Assembly (NCBI GenBank): GCA_000004985.1
Contig: GG738891.1
From: Naegleria gruberi
Taxonomy: Eukaryota
Reading direction: 5' to 3' (one strand)
DNA length: 64,000 nt
The notes beneath the pieces are model-generated. The model ran no database searches. It was not told the DNA's origin and saw only the letters and a list, made by a program, of their open reading frames with translations. The position numbers and the translations under genes are program-made. Position 1 is the stretch's first letter; each line of letters opens with the position of its first letter. Of this stretch, positions 43,563 through 52,656 are shown in pieces.

Positions 43563-44831
43563 ATGATGGAAAGAGAAAGAAGTGAACTTGCTATTACAAT
43601 AAAGTTTAAAAAAATGACTTCGGCTCTGCAGCCAGGGAAAATGCTCAGCAACAATAACCAAACATCAAGTTGTTGCCCACCATCTTCTCAGTTGCAGCAT
43701 CAGCAAGGAGGTACAATGACTATCGGAAGAATGTCTTCAGTGGCCAATCATCATAAACGTGGTGGAGCTAATAGCAATGGAAAGAGAGGACTGAACATGA
43801 CTACAACAAGAATAAATCAACAGAAAGAAATTAATGATGGAGAGGGTATGAGAGATGATTCATCTCTCATTAATCAGAAGCTTCAAAATAGTAGTAATGA
43901 TAATAATAATTCGGAAAGGGAGAAGGAAACAATTGTTAATTCAGATCGTTTGAGATTATTGCTTTTTAATCATAAAAGCAGAAATACAATTTATAATAAT
44001 TCTCTAAATAAGCAACAAGTAACTGTTAAGAACTTGGTCCATGTCGGTGTTGAACAACAGCCAGCAAAAAAATATAATCATTCTCAATCAGAAAAATCAG
44101 ACAATTGTTTTGATGAAGGAAATCAAGAGAAAATTAATAGTACTGTGGAAGAAATGAATTCTATTATAAAACCGAAATGGTTAAAATCTATTGTGGATAA
44201 TCAGTGCGATTTGGGTTTTGTGAAGGAAAATGGAAATTGTACAAATATGAATCATTACCCAAAGATAAGGGAAAATAATTCTTTTATGGATACCAAATCA
44301 AAGAAAGTTTCAAAAGAGTCAATTAATGTGAAAAAGAAGAATGGTTCCAATAGGAAAATTGAAAGGACAGAAAAATCCTTTAATAATGTAATGTTGGAGT
44401 TATTCAAAGAAAGGTCAACCGAAATACAACCTCCACAAGATATTCAAAGTAATGACACAATGTTTACAAAGCTAACCAAGTCGTGGAATAGATTCTTATT
44501 CTGGTGGATTAAATGGAAGAGGGATTTCACCACCAACACCATTCACCAATTTTTGAGTTCATATGATCCAGTGATGAGGACATTTGAGTGTGTTTTCATA
44601 TTTTTCGAAACTTTTAGAATACCCTATCCTATTCGATATGCTGTTCATCGAATCAGACACTTTTTATATTTGATATTTCAATTTGTGTGGACATCCACAT
44701 TTCTCTTTGAGGAAAATTCAGAATTTGAACGTGAGCTTTTATCTCACAACAATAGAAGAAACGACTCTCAAATCTACAATGCCGATCCAAGATATTATTA
44801 CGATGATGTAAATTACTATTCACAAAATTAA
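43563..44831 (+). CDS. Hypothetical N/S/K-rich protein.
   Basis: ATG at 43563, 422 aa, mostly low complexity. The C-terminal ~120 aa are more complex (…FTTNTIHQFLSSYDPVMRTFECVFIFFETFRIPYPIRYAVHRIRHF…). Confidence 0.35.
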   Translation: MMERERSELAITIKFKKMTSALQPGKMLSNNNQTSSCCPPSSQLQHQQGGTMTIGRMSSVANHHKRGGANSNGKRGLNMTTTRINQQKEINDGEGMRDDSSLINQKLQNSSNDNNNSEREKETIVNSDRLRLLLFNHKSRNTIYNNSLNKQQVTVKNLVHVGVEQQPAKKYNHSQSEKSDNCFDEGNQEKINSTVEEMNSIIKPKWLKSIVDNQCDLGFVKENGNCTNMNHYPKIRENNSFMDTKSKKVSKESINVKKKNGSNRKIERTEKSFNNVMLELFKERSTEIQPPQDIQSNDTMFTKLTKSWNRFLFWWIKWKRDFTTNTIHQFLSSYDPVMRTFECVFIFFETFRIPYPIRYAVHRIRHFLYLIFQFVWTSTFLFEENSEFERELLSHNNRRNDSQIYNADPRYYYDDVNYYSQN

Positions 44832-45144
44832 TTTAAGATTATAAGATATAATAAGAAAATTGGTAGTATTAATATGAATTAGTTTATGCTCAACGTTAAT
44901 AGCTAAAGTAATAGAAAATATATTGAGAATAGGGAAGAACGCCTTTTATTAACGTTAAATATTTAAAAAAAATATTTTAAGGAAACTCAAAGCCTTAGAA
45001 AATTTCTAACCGACGAAAATTTTCATCCCTCAATCAAGCGTTCTATCATTGTGATTATTATATATATTGCGTGTATATTTATACTGTTGGAAATTGTAGG
45101 ACCAATCCGTTGATGATCTAATATTCACTCACAATTCGAGGAAA

Positions 45145-46173
45145 ATGATAAGCAACAACAAGTTACCATCATCCATATTATTATCATCATCTTCAAATTC
45201 TAATAACAATAACATTTCAACAACACCACGAGGGGAAATGCTTACCATCAATGATTTGCAATCACCTTCTCCGAATAGATCTGGAAGAGTAGCCTCTTCG
45301 GGTTTATTATTGGCAACATCAACTCCTCCTCCCCTCAATATTTCAAAGAAGCTGAATAATTCAACGATGGGTTTAGCAAATAGTAATAATAATAGCAACA
45401 ACAATAGTAGCAACAATAGTGCTCGTGTGAGTCCCCTCGTTGAAAGATTGAATGCAGTTAAGAACACAGCCCAATCATTTAATGGAGGATTAATGGAAGA
45501 TTTAAATTCTAGGAAGGAAGTAGAACAAACCAAAGTGTACGAACTAAGAGATACTGTATCTAGATTGGAGAAGGATTTGACTATGGAAATGAGGAAGAGA
45601 GCAGATGGAGACAAGGTCTTACAAACAATGTGTGATAACAAGATAAATACTATACAGGATTTGATAGAGAAGAAAATGTCTGAAAAGTTTTCTCAAATGC
45701 AACAAACTGTTGATACTCTCACTAAACGTGTTCTAAGTCTGGAAAAGTGTTTGGCTGAGGAGAAGGATTATTCATCCAAGTTTTCAACCTCTATGAAATC
45801 TGGTGTTTTGGGACAATTGGAAGAACTCAGAAATCTAGTTGAGGACGAAAGATTGAATCGATTGGATAGAGAATCTCAAATGATGAGAAAGTTCAATGAT
45901 GAATATTACAAACTCTCTCAAAAGTTAGACACTGAAAAGAAATCTAGGGAAATATTTATGAATTCCACACGTGAGGAAATTGAAAGAATTGAACAAGCTA
46001 AGGCCAAAATTGATCAGGACTTTAGAGCTCAACTCTTTGAAGAAATTGATTCGATTCGTGATGAAATCAAAGTTGAAAAGGAACAACGAGAAATTGTCGA
46101 TGAGCAAATAGTTTCTTCCTTAGATACGATTATCAAGGAAGTCCACGACTCTCTCAGATTAGTTACTAAATAA
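45145..46173 (+). CDS. Coiled-coil protein with an S/N-rich N-terminus.
   Basis: ATG in GAAAATG context. Residues ~120-340 form a continuous heptad-like coiled coil (…LEKDLTMEMRKRADGDKVLQTMCDNKINTIQDLIEKKMSEKFSQMQQTVDTLTKRVLSLEKCL…). Confidence 0.45.
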   Translation: MISNNKLPSSILLSSSSNSNNNNISTTPRGEMLTINDLQSPSPNRSGRVASSGLLLATSTPPPLNISKKLNNSTMGLANSNNNSNNNSSNNSARVSPLVERLNAVKNTAQSFNGGLMEDLNSRKEVEQTKVYELRDTVSRLEKDLTMEMRKRADGDKVLQTMCDNKINTIQDLIEKKMSEKFSQMQQTVDTLTKRVLSLEKCLAEEKDYSSKFSTSMKSGVLGQLEELRNLVEDERLNRLDRESQMMRKFNDEYYKLSQKLDTEKKSREIFMNSTREEIERIEQAKAKIDQDFRAQLFEEIDSIRDEIKVEKEQREIVDEQIVSSLDTIIKEVHDSLRLVTK

Positions 46174-46283
46174 AAGAAACAAACCTGTACTTCATTGATA
46201 CAGTATTTTACTAATGATATTTTTGATATCTAAGCTTTTCAATATTTCAACAAGATTCGATTACATTGCAATGGCATTTCCAG

Positions 46284-47531
46284 ATGGCGACAATGGCGAC
46301 TTTTTTATCAAAATTAGAAAACCTTCCATACCAGTTTGTATTTAAATTTACTAATCTCTCCAAGCAAAGATATCCAAAAAGTTCTTCAAAAAAAATGTCA
46401 TCAATACTCCACCTAGTTTTTAGATCAATTTTTAGAGTCTCTGTTTGGTGTTATGGTTGTTATCGATTTGTCACTGGTGCCTCGTCATCATCAAATAGTG
46501 ATGTCTCCTCGGAAACCTTGCTATGGAATAAATTTATATCTGCTGGAATGGATATCAAGTTTGAAGAGGTTGAAAAGTTCAGACAACAGTCCAGAACACT
46601 CATTCCTATCATGTTTGCTCCAATGGATAATTCTCTATTCGGATGTGCTGATAAAATTGAAAAAATTGAAGAATTGAGAGGTTCCTATTGGATTTCATTG
46701 GAAAAGAAACAGGGAGCAGTTATGGTATTTATGCATGGAGGTGGATTCATCTCTGGTCATCCAATTGGAATGGATTGTCAATCGATAGTGTATGCTTTAA
46801 AGGATTTCAATAAGAAGAATTCGACAACTCAAAAATGTAGTCACGTCTTGTCAGTTGAATATAGATTATGTGATGATCCAAATAATAAGGATAGAATGGA
46901 TAGAAATTTGTGTACAGATAATTTGAATGATCAATTGGAGGATTGTTATGAAGCTTTCAGATGGTTGATAGAGGAGAAGGGAATTAAGGCAAGTAATATT
47001 GTGCTTGCTGGTTATTCTGCTGGTGCTACACATGCTGCAATGCTAGTTTTGAAAAAGTTGATGAATAGTGAAAATCCAGAAATGTGGCCAATTCGATCAG
47101 TTGCCATGTGTTCAGCTTCATGTGATCTCTCCAATCGAATTGTTAACTCTGATGAGAAAAAAGCTGGTGGAGTAACAATTATTCATCAAGGTTTGAGAAA
47201 TCTCATTACCAAGTGCGTTCCACAAGAAGAAAAGGACAAGTACTCTTTGATAGGAACAATGAATGAAATGGAAAAACAAGATTCTTCCTTCTTTTCTAAA
47301 GTATTAAGCACCAAATGGATTGTCAATTATAGTAGTGATGAAGAATTGGCAGCTTCCAATTTATATCTTGTGGATAAATTGCAAATGAAAGCTCAGGAGT
47401 TGAATCTACCAGATCATCAAGTTGTAGAAATTGCTGAACCAAACCAAATGCATTGCTATTTAGTTGGTTATTCTGTTCTTCAAGTTGCCAAACAATCAAT
47501 GAGCAGATTCCTTGAAAATGCCTTCAATTAA
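46284..47531 (+). CDS. Alpha/beta-hydrolase fold esterase/lipase (HSL / arylacetamide-deacetylase-like, Abhydrolase_3).
   Basis: Oxyanion-hole HGGGF (VMVFMHGGGFISGHP). Nucleophile elbow G-Y-S-A-G (LAGYSAGATHAA). First ATG at 46284; the ORF-track start at 46266 is TTG. Confidence 0.75.
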   Translation: MATMATFLSKLENLPYQFVFKFTNLSKQRYPKSSSKKMSSILHLVFRSIFRVSVWCYGCYRFVTGASSSSNSDVSSETLLWNKFISAGMDIKFEEVEKFRQQSRTLIPIMFAPMDNSLFGCADKIEKIEELRGSYWISLEKKQGAVMVFMHGGGFISGHPIGMDCQSIVYALKDFNKKNSTTQKCSHVLSVEYRLCDDPNNKDRMDRNLCTDNLNDQLEDCYEAFRWLIEEKGIKASNIVLAGYSAGATHAAMLVLKKLMNSENPEMWPIRSVAMCSASCDLSNRIVNSDEKKAGGVTIIHQGLRNLITKCVPQEEKDKYSLIGTMNEMEKQDSSFFSKVLSTKWIVNYSSDEELAASNLYLVDKLQMKAQELNLPDHQVVEIAEPNQMHCYLVGYSVLQVAKQSMSRFLENAFN

Positions 47532-47657
47532 TAAACCTGTACATACTCCTTTTTATTCTAATAAGATATTAAGAAAAGTTTGTTGGACCATTTTTAGCTA
47601 CCTTAGCACCTTAACAAGGATAATCATTATTTATAATTTTGATGTTGATGTATGTAA

Positions 47658-47728
47658 TCGGGTGTGGTATAGTGGTAGCATTCCAGACTGTCACTCTGGC
47701 GACCCGGGTTCAATTCCCGGCACTCGAG
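47658..47728 (+). tRNA. tRNA-Asp (anticodon GTC).
   Basis: TCGGGTG-TG-GTAT-AGTGGTA-GCAT-T-CCAGA-CTGTCAC-TCTGG-CGAC-CCGGG-TTCAATT-CCCGG-CACTCGA-G. 7-bp acceptor stem including one G·U, anticodon stem CCAGA/TCTGG, loop CTGTCAC (GTC anticodon), perfect T-stem, discriminator G as expected for tRNA-Asp. D-stem is weak, as is typical of the GUAU-type tRNA-Asp D-stem. High similarity to eukaryotic tRNA-Asp. Confidence 0.8.
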
Positions 47729-48358
47729 TAACAATTTTATTTTATCCAGTTTATTTCTTTTTTTTTGTTTACGATTTTTATGTGTAATGTACTCCAGATA
47801 TCTTACTTCTTAAGTACGTTTTTATTTTTTAAAATTCTTTTTATTTCCATTTTTGGAAACCTCGGCTTGAAGGTCATTTTTTTTACATCCAAACTAGCTG
47901 AGTATTTTGGTAAATTCAAATTATTTTTTTAAACTACTTGATTTGTGTTTGAAAGAGTATGAAAAATGTCTCTTCTGTTACTTTCACCAACACTAGTAAT
48001 CGAGTTAAATCCTATCACCTTCCTCTAATCTCTGATATAAAAGCAGAGAAATTCAAAACATCCTTTTCCAAATAACAAGCTTCATCGAATTCATTAAACC
48101 ACTTTGGTTGCATTTCTCTTTTTTATTAGATTGATGAATTTTCAATCAAAAATCCTTGATAATTAGTTATGGCTTGGTCACATCCAGGGATTTGGATTTT
48201 ACTATTCATCATTTAATAATGATTAATTAAAAAGTAACCCAATAAACACAAAATTATAAGTTGACCCACTTGTTTTTGTACTATTTCCTCTTTTGTCAAT
48301 TAACATTTTGAGAAAATCATTAAAAAATAAAAATTCAAAATAACCAATTTTAAACAAA

Positions 48359-48753
48359 ATGAAAAAACTATCAATAACAAGCAAACTATTTACAAAGAAG
48401 TGGAAATTTTCCCAAAATCAAGTTCGATTTGTTCAAGTAAGTTTCAAACCCCAAATTAATTCACACAATAATCTCTGTTTTTGACAATGAAACTCACACA
48501 GACCGCATTGGTCACTGAGGAGGGAGATCGATTTGAACAGGAGGTTCAAAAAACACTCAAGGGAGATGTTGCCAAAACCATAATTGACTATCAAGGATGG
48601 AATGAAACTTTAGGATCATCCAGTGAGGCAATCGTTAAAGCAGAACGTTCAGAACAATTGAATGGACCAACGATGGAAGACCTTCAAAAACAAACCATTG
48701 AATTTCTTCATGAGAGAGAGGATAAGAAACAATATCCATTCGATAAAGAATAA
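48359..48753 (+). CDS. Small (~109 aa) protein with a predicted N-terminal mitochondrial-type presequence. Two exons: 48359..48436 and 48502..48753. Intron 48437..48501 (65 nt, GTAAGT…CACACAG).
   Basis: An ATG at 48359 (AAAATG), missed by the ORF track, encodes MKKLSITSKLFTKKWKFSQNQVRFVQ. This stretch is basic, lacks acidic residues and is amphipathic-looking. It is followed by GTAAGT. The acceptor at 48501 joins in frame to TALVTEEGDRFEQEVQKTLKGDVAKTIIDYQGWNETLGSS…PFDKE (ORF 48481..48753). Confidence 0.5.
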
Positions 48754-49641
48754 TCAATATGGAGATGAAATAAATTATTGTTCTACCTATTTCAAGCTCG
48801 AGAAAGGGATTTTTATTGAACATGAAAAGAACACGAATTGAGTATGAGAGATTATGAAGATATTCTGGTTAGGGATGATACAATACTTTAAATATCAAAG
48901 TTTATCCTCTTCAAATAGTAGTGCTGAGCTACTTAGTTGATTTTGTGACCATTAACTGAAATGTTACCATACTTGTAAATAATGACAAACAGAATAATGA
49001 AAGTAACGATACTACATGCAAGGAAACAGAAAAACAATCCCAAACCAATAGCTCCAAACTATTACAATTTCAAATTCTGATCTACTTACTTTTCTTCCTC
49101 TACTGCTATACTTGGTACGATTTCTTGTAATGAAAAAGAGAACAATCCAAATGATTGGCAAACAAAATCCACCCAAGAATAACAAAAAGGCCATGTCATC
49201 ATTCTTGTTCATTTCAGAATTTTCATTTGGCATGAGTATTTCATTTGGTCTATTTTCTGTGAGTGAATGCTGAGTTTTCAATTGCTTACTTACTGGTAAT
49301 TGGTTTGAGAAGGGTAACCATTATTGTGAACGAGTTGATCTTGCATTCGATAAATATATTTGTTTTCTATTCAAATTTGAGTTTCTACCAGTGATTAGTT
49401 TTTTTCTGATAATTGTTTCTCAAACAGAGTGAATCAAACACTTGTAGTCAATTTTGGCCATAAAACAAGTAACCCTTACAGTCAACATATTGGCATTAGA
49501 TTTCAATGTGCTGCTCTTTCTTCCTTTTTACCTTGTGTAATCGTGATACATAATTATTGGAATGTTATTGGAAGGTTACATGAATTCACAGTATTCAAAC
49601 TCTAATTCTGAAGAGATTTGAAGTTGGCGATTTCACAAATA

Positions 49642-49783
49642 GAGACCAATCGAGAGAGTAACACCAATTCTTATACTGATGAGAGTACATGAATCTTGGA
49701 ATAATATCACTCTTAATCATATGAAGAATGATCGAGTGAGCCTCATCGAACACGTCCATTGTTAAAACCGACAAGATATTAGA
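49642..49783 (-). pseudogene. Inverted 142-bp duplicate fragment of the RGS-domain exon of the C2-RGS gene (parent 53791..53932, + strand), ~96.5% identical. It lies in an otherwise non-coding, repeat-containing region.
   Basis: The reverse complement of 53791..53932 aligns gap-free to 49642..49783 with 5 mismatches over 142 nt. It encodes …RFMYSHQYKNWSYSLDWS / …DEAHSIILHMIKSDII (RGS-box C-terminal part). Similarity decays within ~20 nt on both flanks. Confidence 0.6.
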
Positions 49784-50424
49784 GGTCGCATGTCACGCTT
49801 CATAGTATTGTTGTGAACTTTGAAAATTCCCAAACCAATAGCTCCACACTATATCAATAATTCATTAATTAATCATATTCAACATCTTTAACAACTTACC
49901 TCTATCACCAGTCAATAAGGCATTTTGTCTTAACATTTGTTATAGTTTCGAAATTGCAGCAATCATCTGATACGTTTCCATAATGAGCATGTTAATATAT
50001 AGATCAGTACTTAAATGCTGACACTTGGTTAGGATAACAAATAGATTCCTTTTCAATTTTACAAATAAGGGATTGTAAAAATTATGTCATAACACCTATA
50101 GTCTATTATAGCACAGATTTGCTTTCTGACTAGAATGTTTTTGGAAGGTTACATACTTCTCCAGTGCTTTGAACCCTTGCTCTCAGTGTATTCATAATAT
50201 TCTTGTTATTAATTTCAACATTTAGTGAGCTGGTTAAACTTTTCATCAAAGAGGGGTAGAGCAGTACTTATTAATGAATATAGGTCAATACTATTTGTTA
50301 ATATTGAATCAAGAAAAGCATTGAAAATATTGTGGACTAAACCAAACTTTTGTTTACAAAAAATCAATCTGATCCTCTTTACTTATACAAATTGAATTAT
50401 TTGTACTTGTATATTATACATCAA

Positions 50425-51051
50425 TTATTCCTTAGTAAATTTACCATAAATAACTTTGGCATCATTGAAATCATCAACAACAACCTTTGAAGTAACATGC
50501 TTAACACCATCCTTTTCAACTTCTCTATATTTCAATGAACCTCTAATAGAGACAATGACACCCTTCTTGAAGAATTTAGTGGCAACCTTTGCCAAAACTG
50601 GATTGAAGGAAACTACACTGTGGAATGTAGATTGTTCTTCAATATTTTCACCCTTCTTAATTCTCTCCGAGGTAACAACAGTCAAACCAGTAAAAGTTCC
50701 ACCATTTGCAATTTCCTTTATAACAGCATCAGAAGCAAGAGTACCAATAAGATGAACAGAATTGACTGATCCTCTAATTTGGAAAGTTTGTCCTTCTTCT
50801 TGAGAAGGTGCTGGCTTTGAAGATACATTTGTCTTTTTGTATGAAGAATTTGATGATGATGAATAAGAAGGAGTATCACTATTTGATGATGAAGAGGATG
50901 AAGTTGTTGTTGTTGGTTTAACGCTCACTCTTCTGGTAACATCGGAGAGGGTTTGGCTTGTGTGATAGGAACAAGCAGAAGAAGCGAATTGATGGTGGTG
51001 GTGATACAAGGCTGAAGATCTGTTGCCAATAATTGAAATTCTCTTTAACAT
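50425..51051 (-). CDS. Single-stranded DNA-binding protein, mitochondrial type (OB-fold SSB) with an N-terminal presequence.
   Basis: …NSVHLIGTLASDAVIKEIANGGTFTGLTVVTSERIKKGENIEEQSTFHSVVSFNPVLAKVATKFFKKGVIVSIRGSLKYREVEKDGVKHVTSKVVVDDF… matches the SSB pattern (N.V.L.G.L…, H.V..F…LA…LKKG..V.V.G.L). The N-terminal ~80 aa are R/S/T-rich and lack acidic residues. ATG in AAAAAAATG context. Confidence 0.7.
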   Translation of the reverse strand: MLKRISIIGNRSSALYHHHHQFASSACSYHTSQTLSDVTRRVSVKPTTTTSSSSSSNSDTPSYSSSSNSSYKKTNVSSKPAPSQEEGQTFQIRGSVNSVHLIGTLASDAVIKEIANGGTFTGLTVVTSERIKKGENIEEQSTFHSVVSFNPVLAKVATKFFKKGVIVSIRGSLKYREVEKDGVKHVTSKVVVDDFNDAKVIYGKFTKE

Positions 51052-51599
51052 TTTTTTAATTTTTTAAATTTTCCAAAGTTGAGCGGGAGAGTTTCATATC
51101 CTCGGAATTGATGAAATGATGATGATATTGATGATGGAATGAATAGGATGAGATTATTCATAGGAATGTATCAATAAGGTCTCATTCCGATTAAATTAAT
51201 TTTTCATCAAATCAATTATTAAAATTTCAGAGATGATGAAGAACAAAGTAATCTTTCCTTTCATCAAACATCTTTTCAACTGCAAGCAAATATCATTCTC
51301 TTTGCATATAAACTAATAGAAAATGAAAAGATCAAGATAGCCGTTGCCAACTGCAGTTGTTGTTTCCAAATAGAAAAAAATGGGCAACGTGAACAAGCAA
51401 TTGGATCGTCATCAATTGTTTGATATTCAAAAGAGAACAACCTGTAGGTAGAAGAATTATTGTTACTTTAAATGTATCTAATTTATTGTTGCTCCTATCA
51501 TGATCTTTTGGATTTTTAAATTCCGATACTTGTTCATGAATTATAATAATATTAATTTTAATAATGGGAATTTAATCATGATAATTTAATTTGGATAAT

Positions 51600-52463
51600 A
51601 TGATAATAGTATCGGCAAAGGAAATTAAGGAATGGTACTCGTTGTTTATGAAACAATTTCAAGATACCAAAGTTTCAAAGGATAAATACTTGCCAAGCCT
51701 AAAGATTCATAGTTTACCATCGAGTTATGAAAATACGACAACAATAATCACAACAACATCTCCATCTTTGAATAATAGTAATACTAATGGAAATAATTCA
51801 TCTTTAAATAATCAACAATTGGATTCTAATGAAATTAGTGATAAACAAGTAGAAATTGAAATTGTTGATAAGAAGGAAATGACAACGTCGACAGCACCAA
51901 ATCATGAAAAACAAGAACCAAAGAAATTGACAGATCTTACCTATCCAGAATTAATTTATGATACAACCCACTTGTCATTTCTCAAATATTTCTATTCGGA
52001 AGATTATCCAGGATCAAATTATAGGAAGAGTCAGTTACAGTTCGTACATTTCATACCATCGTATGAAATTTATTTGAAAGGTAATAGAGTATCACAAGCA
52101 GATTGGACCTATACAGCCATAACAAGCCAGAAGAGGATGGAAGATACAGAACCAGAAAAGAAGAAGAAGCATACACCATTTTCCATCTCCTTTCATGACT
52201 TGTCTGTATTCTTTGAAGTTATCTATGGATATCTTCAACTGAGGCCTTTCGAAATTGGAAAGCTGCCCAAACACCTGCACAGTCCAGAAGCATGTACAAG
52301 ATATGTTTTTCAAAATGTATTGAATTTTGTTGGAATTGATACTGATAATTTGGAAAACAAAGCAATCTCCAAACAACAATTTATGGATTATTGTTTTCAT
52401 AAATTGAGTCAAGAAAGTACTCAAGTATTGGAACAGTCGTCTCAAACCAACCTTGTCAATTAA
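51600..52463 (+). CDS. Hypothetical protein.
   Basis: First ATG at 51600 (the ORF-track start at 51591 is TTG), ~287 aa, no recognised domain. Confidence 0.4.
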   Translation: MIIVSAKEIKEWYSLFMKQFQDTKVSKDKYLPSLKIHSLPSSYENTTTIITTTSPSLNNSNTNGNNSSLNNQQLDSNEISDKQVEIEIVDKKEMTTSTAPNHEKQEPKKLTDLTYPELIYDTTHLSFLKYFYSEDYPGSNYRKSQLQFVHFIPSYEIYLKGNRVSQADWTYTAITSQKRMEDTEPEKKKKHTPFSISFHDLSVFFEVIYGYLQLRPFEIGKLPKHLHSPEACTRYVFQNVLNFVGIDTDNLENKAISKQQFMDYCFHKLSQESTQVLEQSSQTNLVN

Positions 52464-52656
52464 TTGTAAATTTTGTAAATATTTCAAAAACTCCCAAATT
52501 AAATTACATTTCAAATCAAATATTAATGAGCTTGGCAAGTTTATCTTTCCAAGAATTACTGAATCAGTGAATTGTAAATTATTCAAAGAATATTGCAACT
52601 AGTTCTTGCATGTCAACGTCAGAAATTCATCAGTGATTATTTCAATTTTAAAAAAA

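Noticed and set aside
45129-45641. 170-aa minus-strand ORF with poly-Leu (LLLLLLLLLLL).
   Set aside because: Antisense to the well-formed coiled-coil gene 45145..46173. The poly-L comes from the reverse complement of AAT/AAC (poly-N) codons.
47512-47787. 91-aa ORF overlapping the tRNA-Asp.
   Set aside because: Translation is low complexity with no start context. The region is explained by the tRNA gene and an AT-rich terminator.
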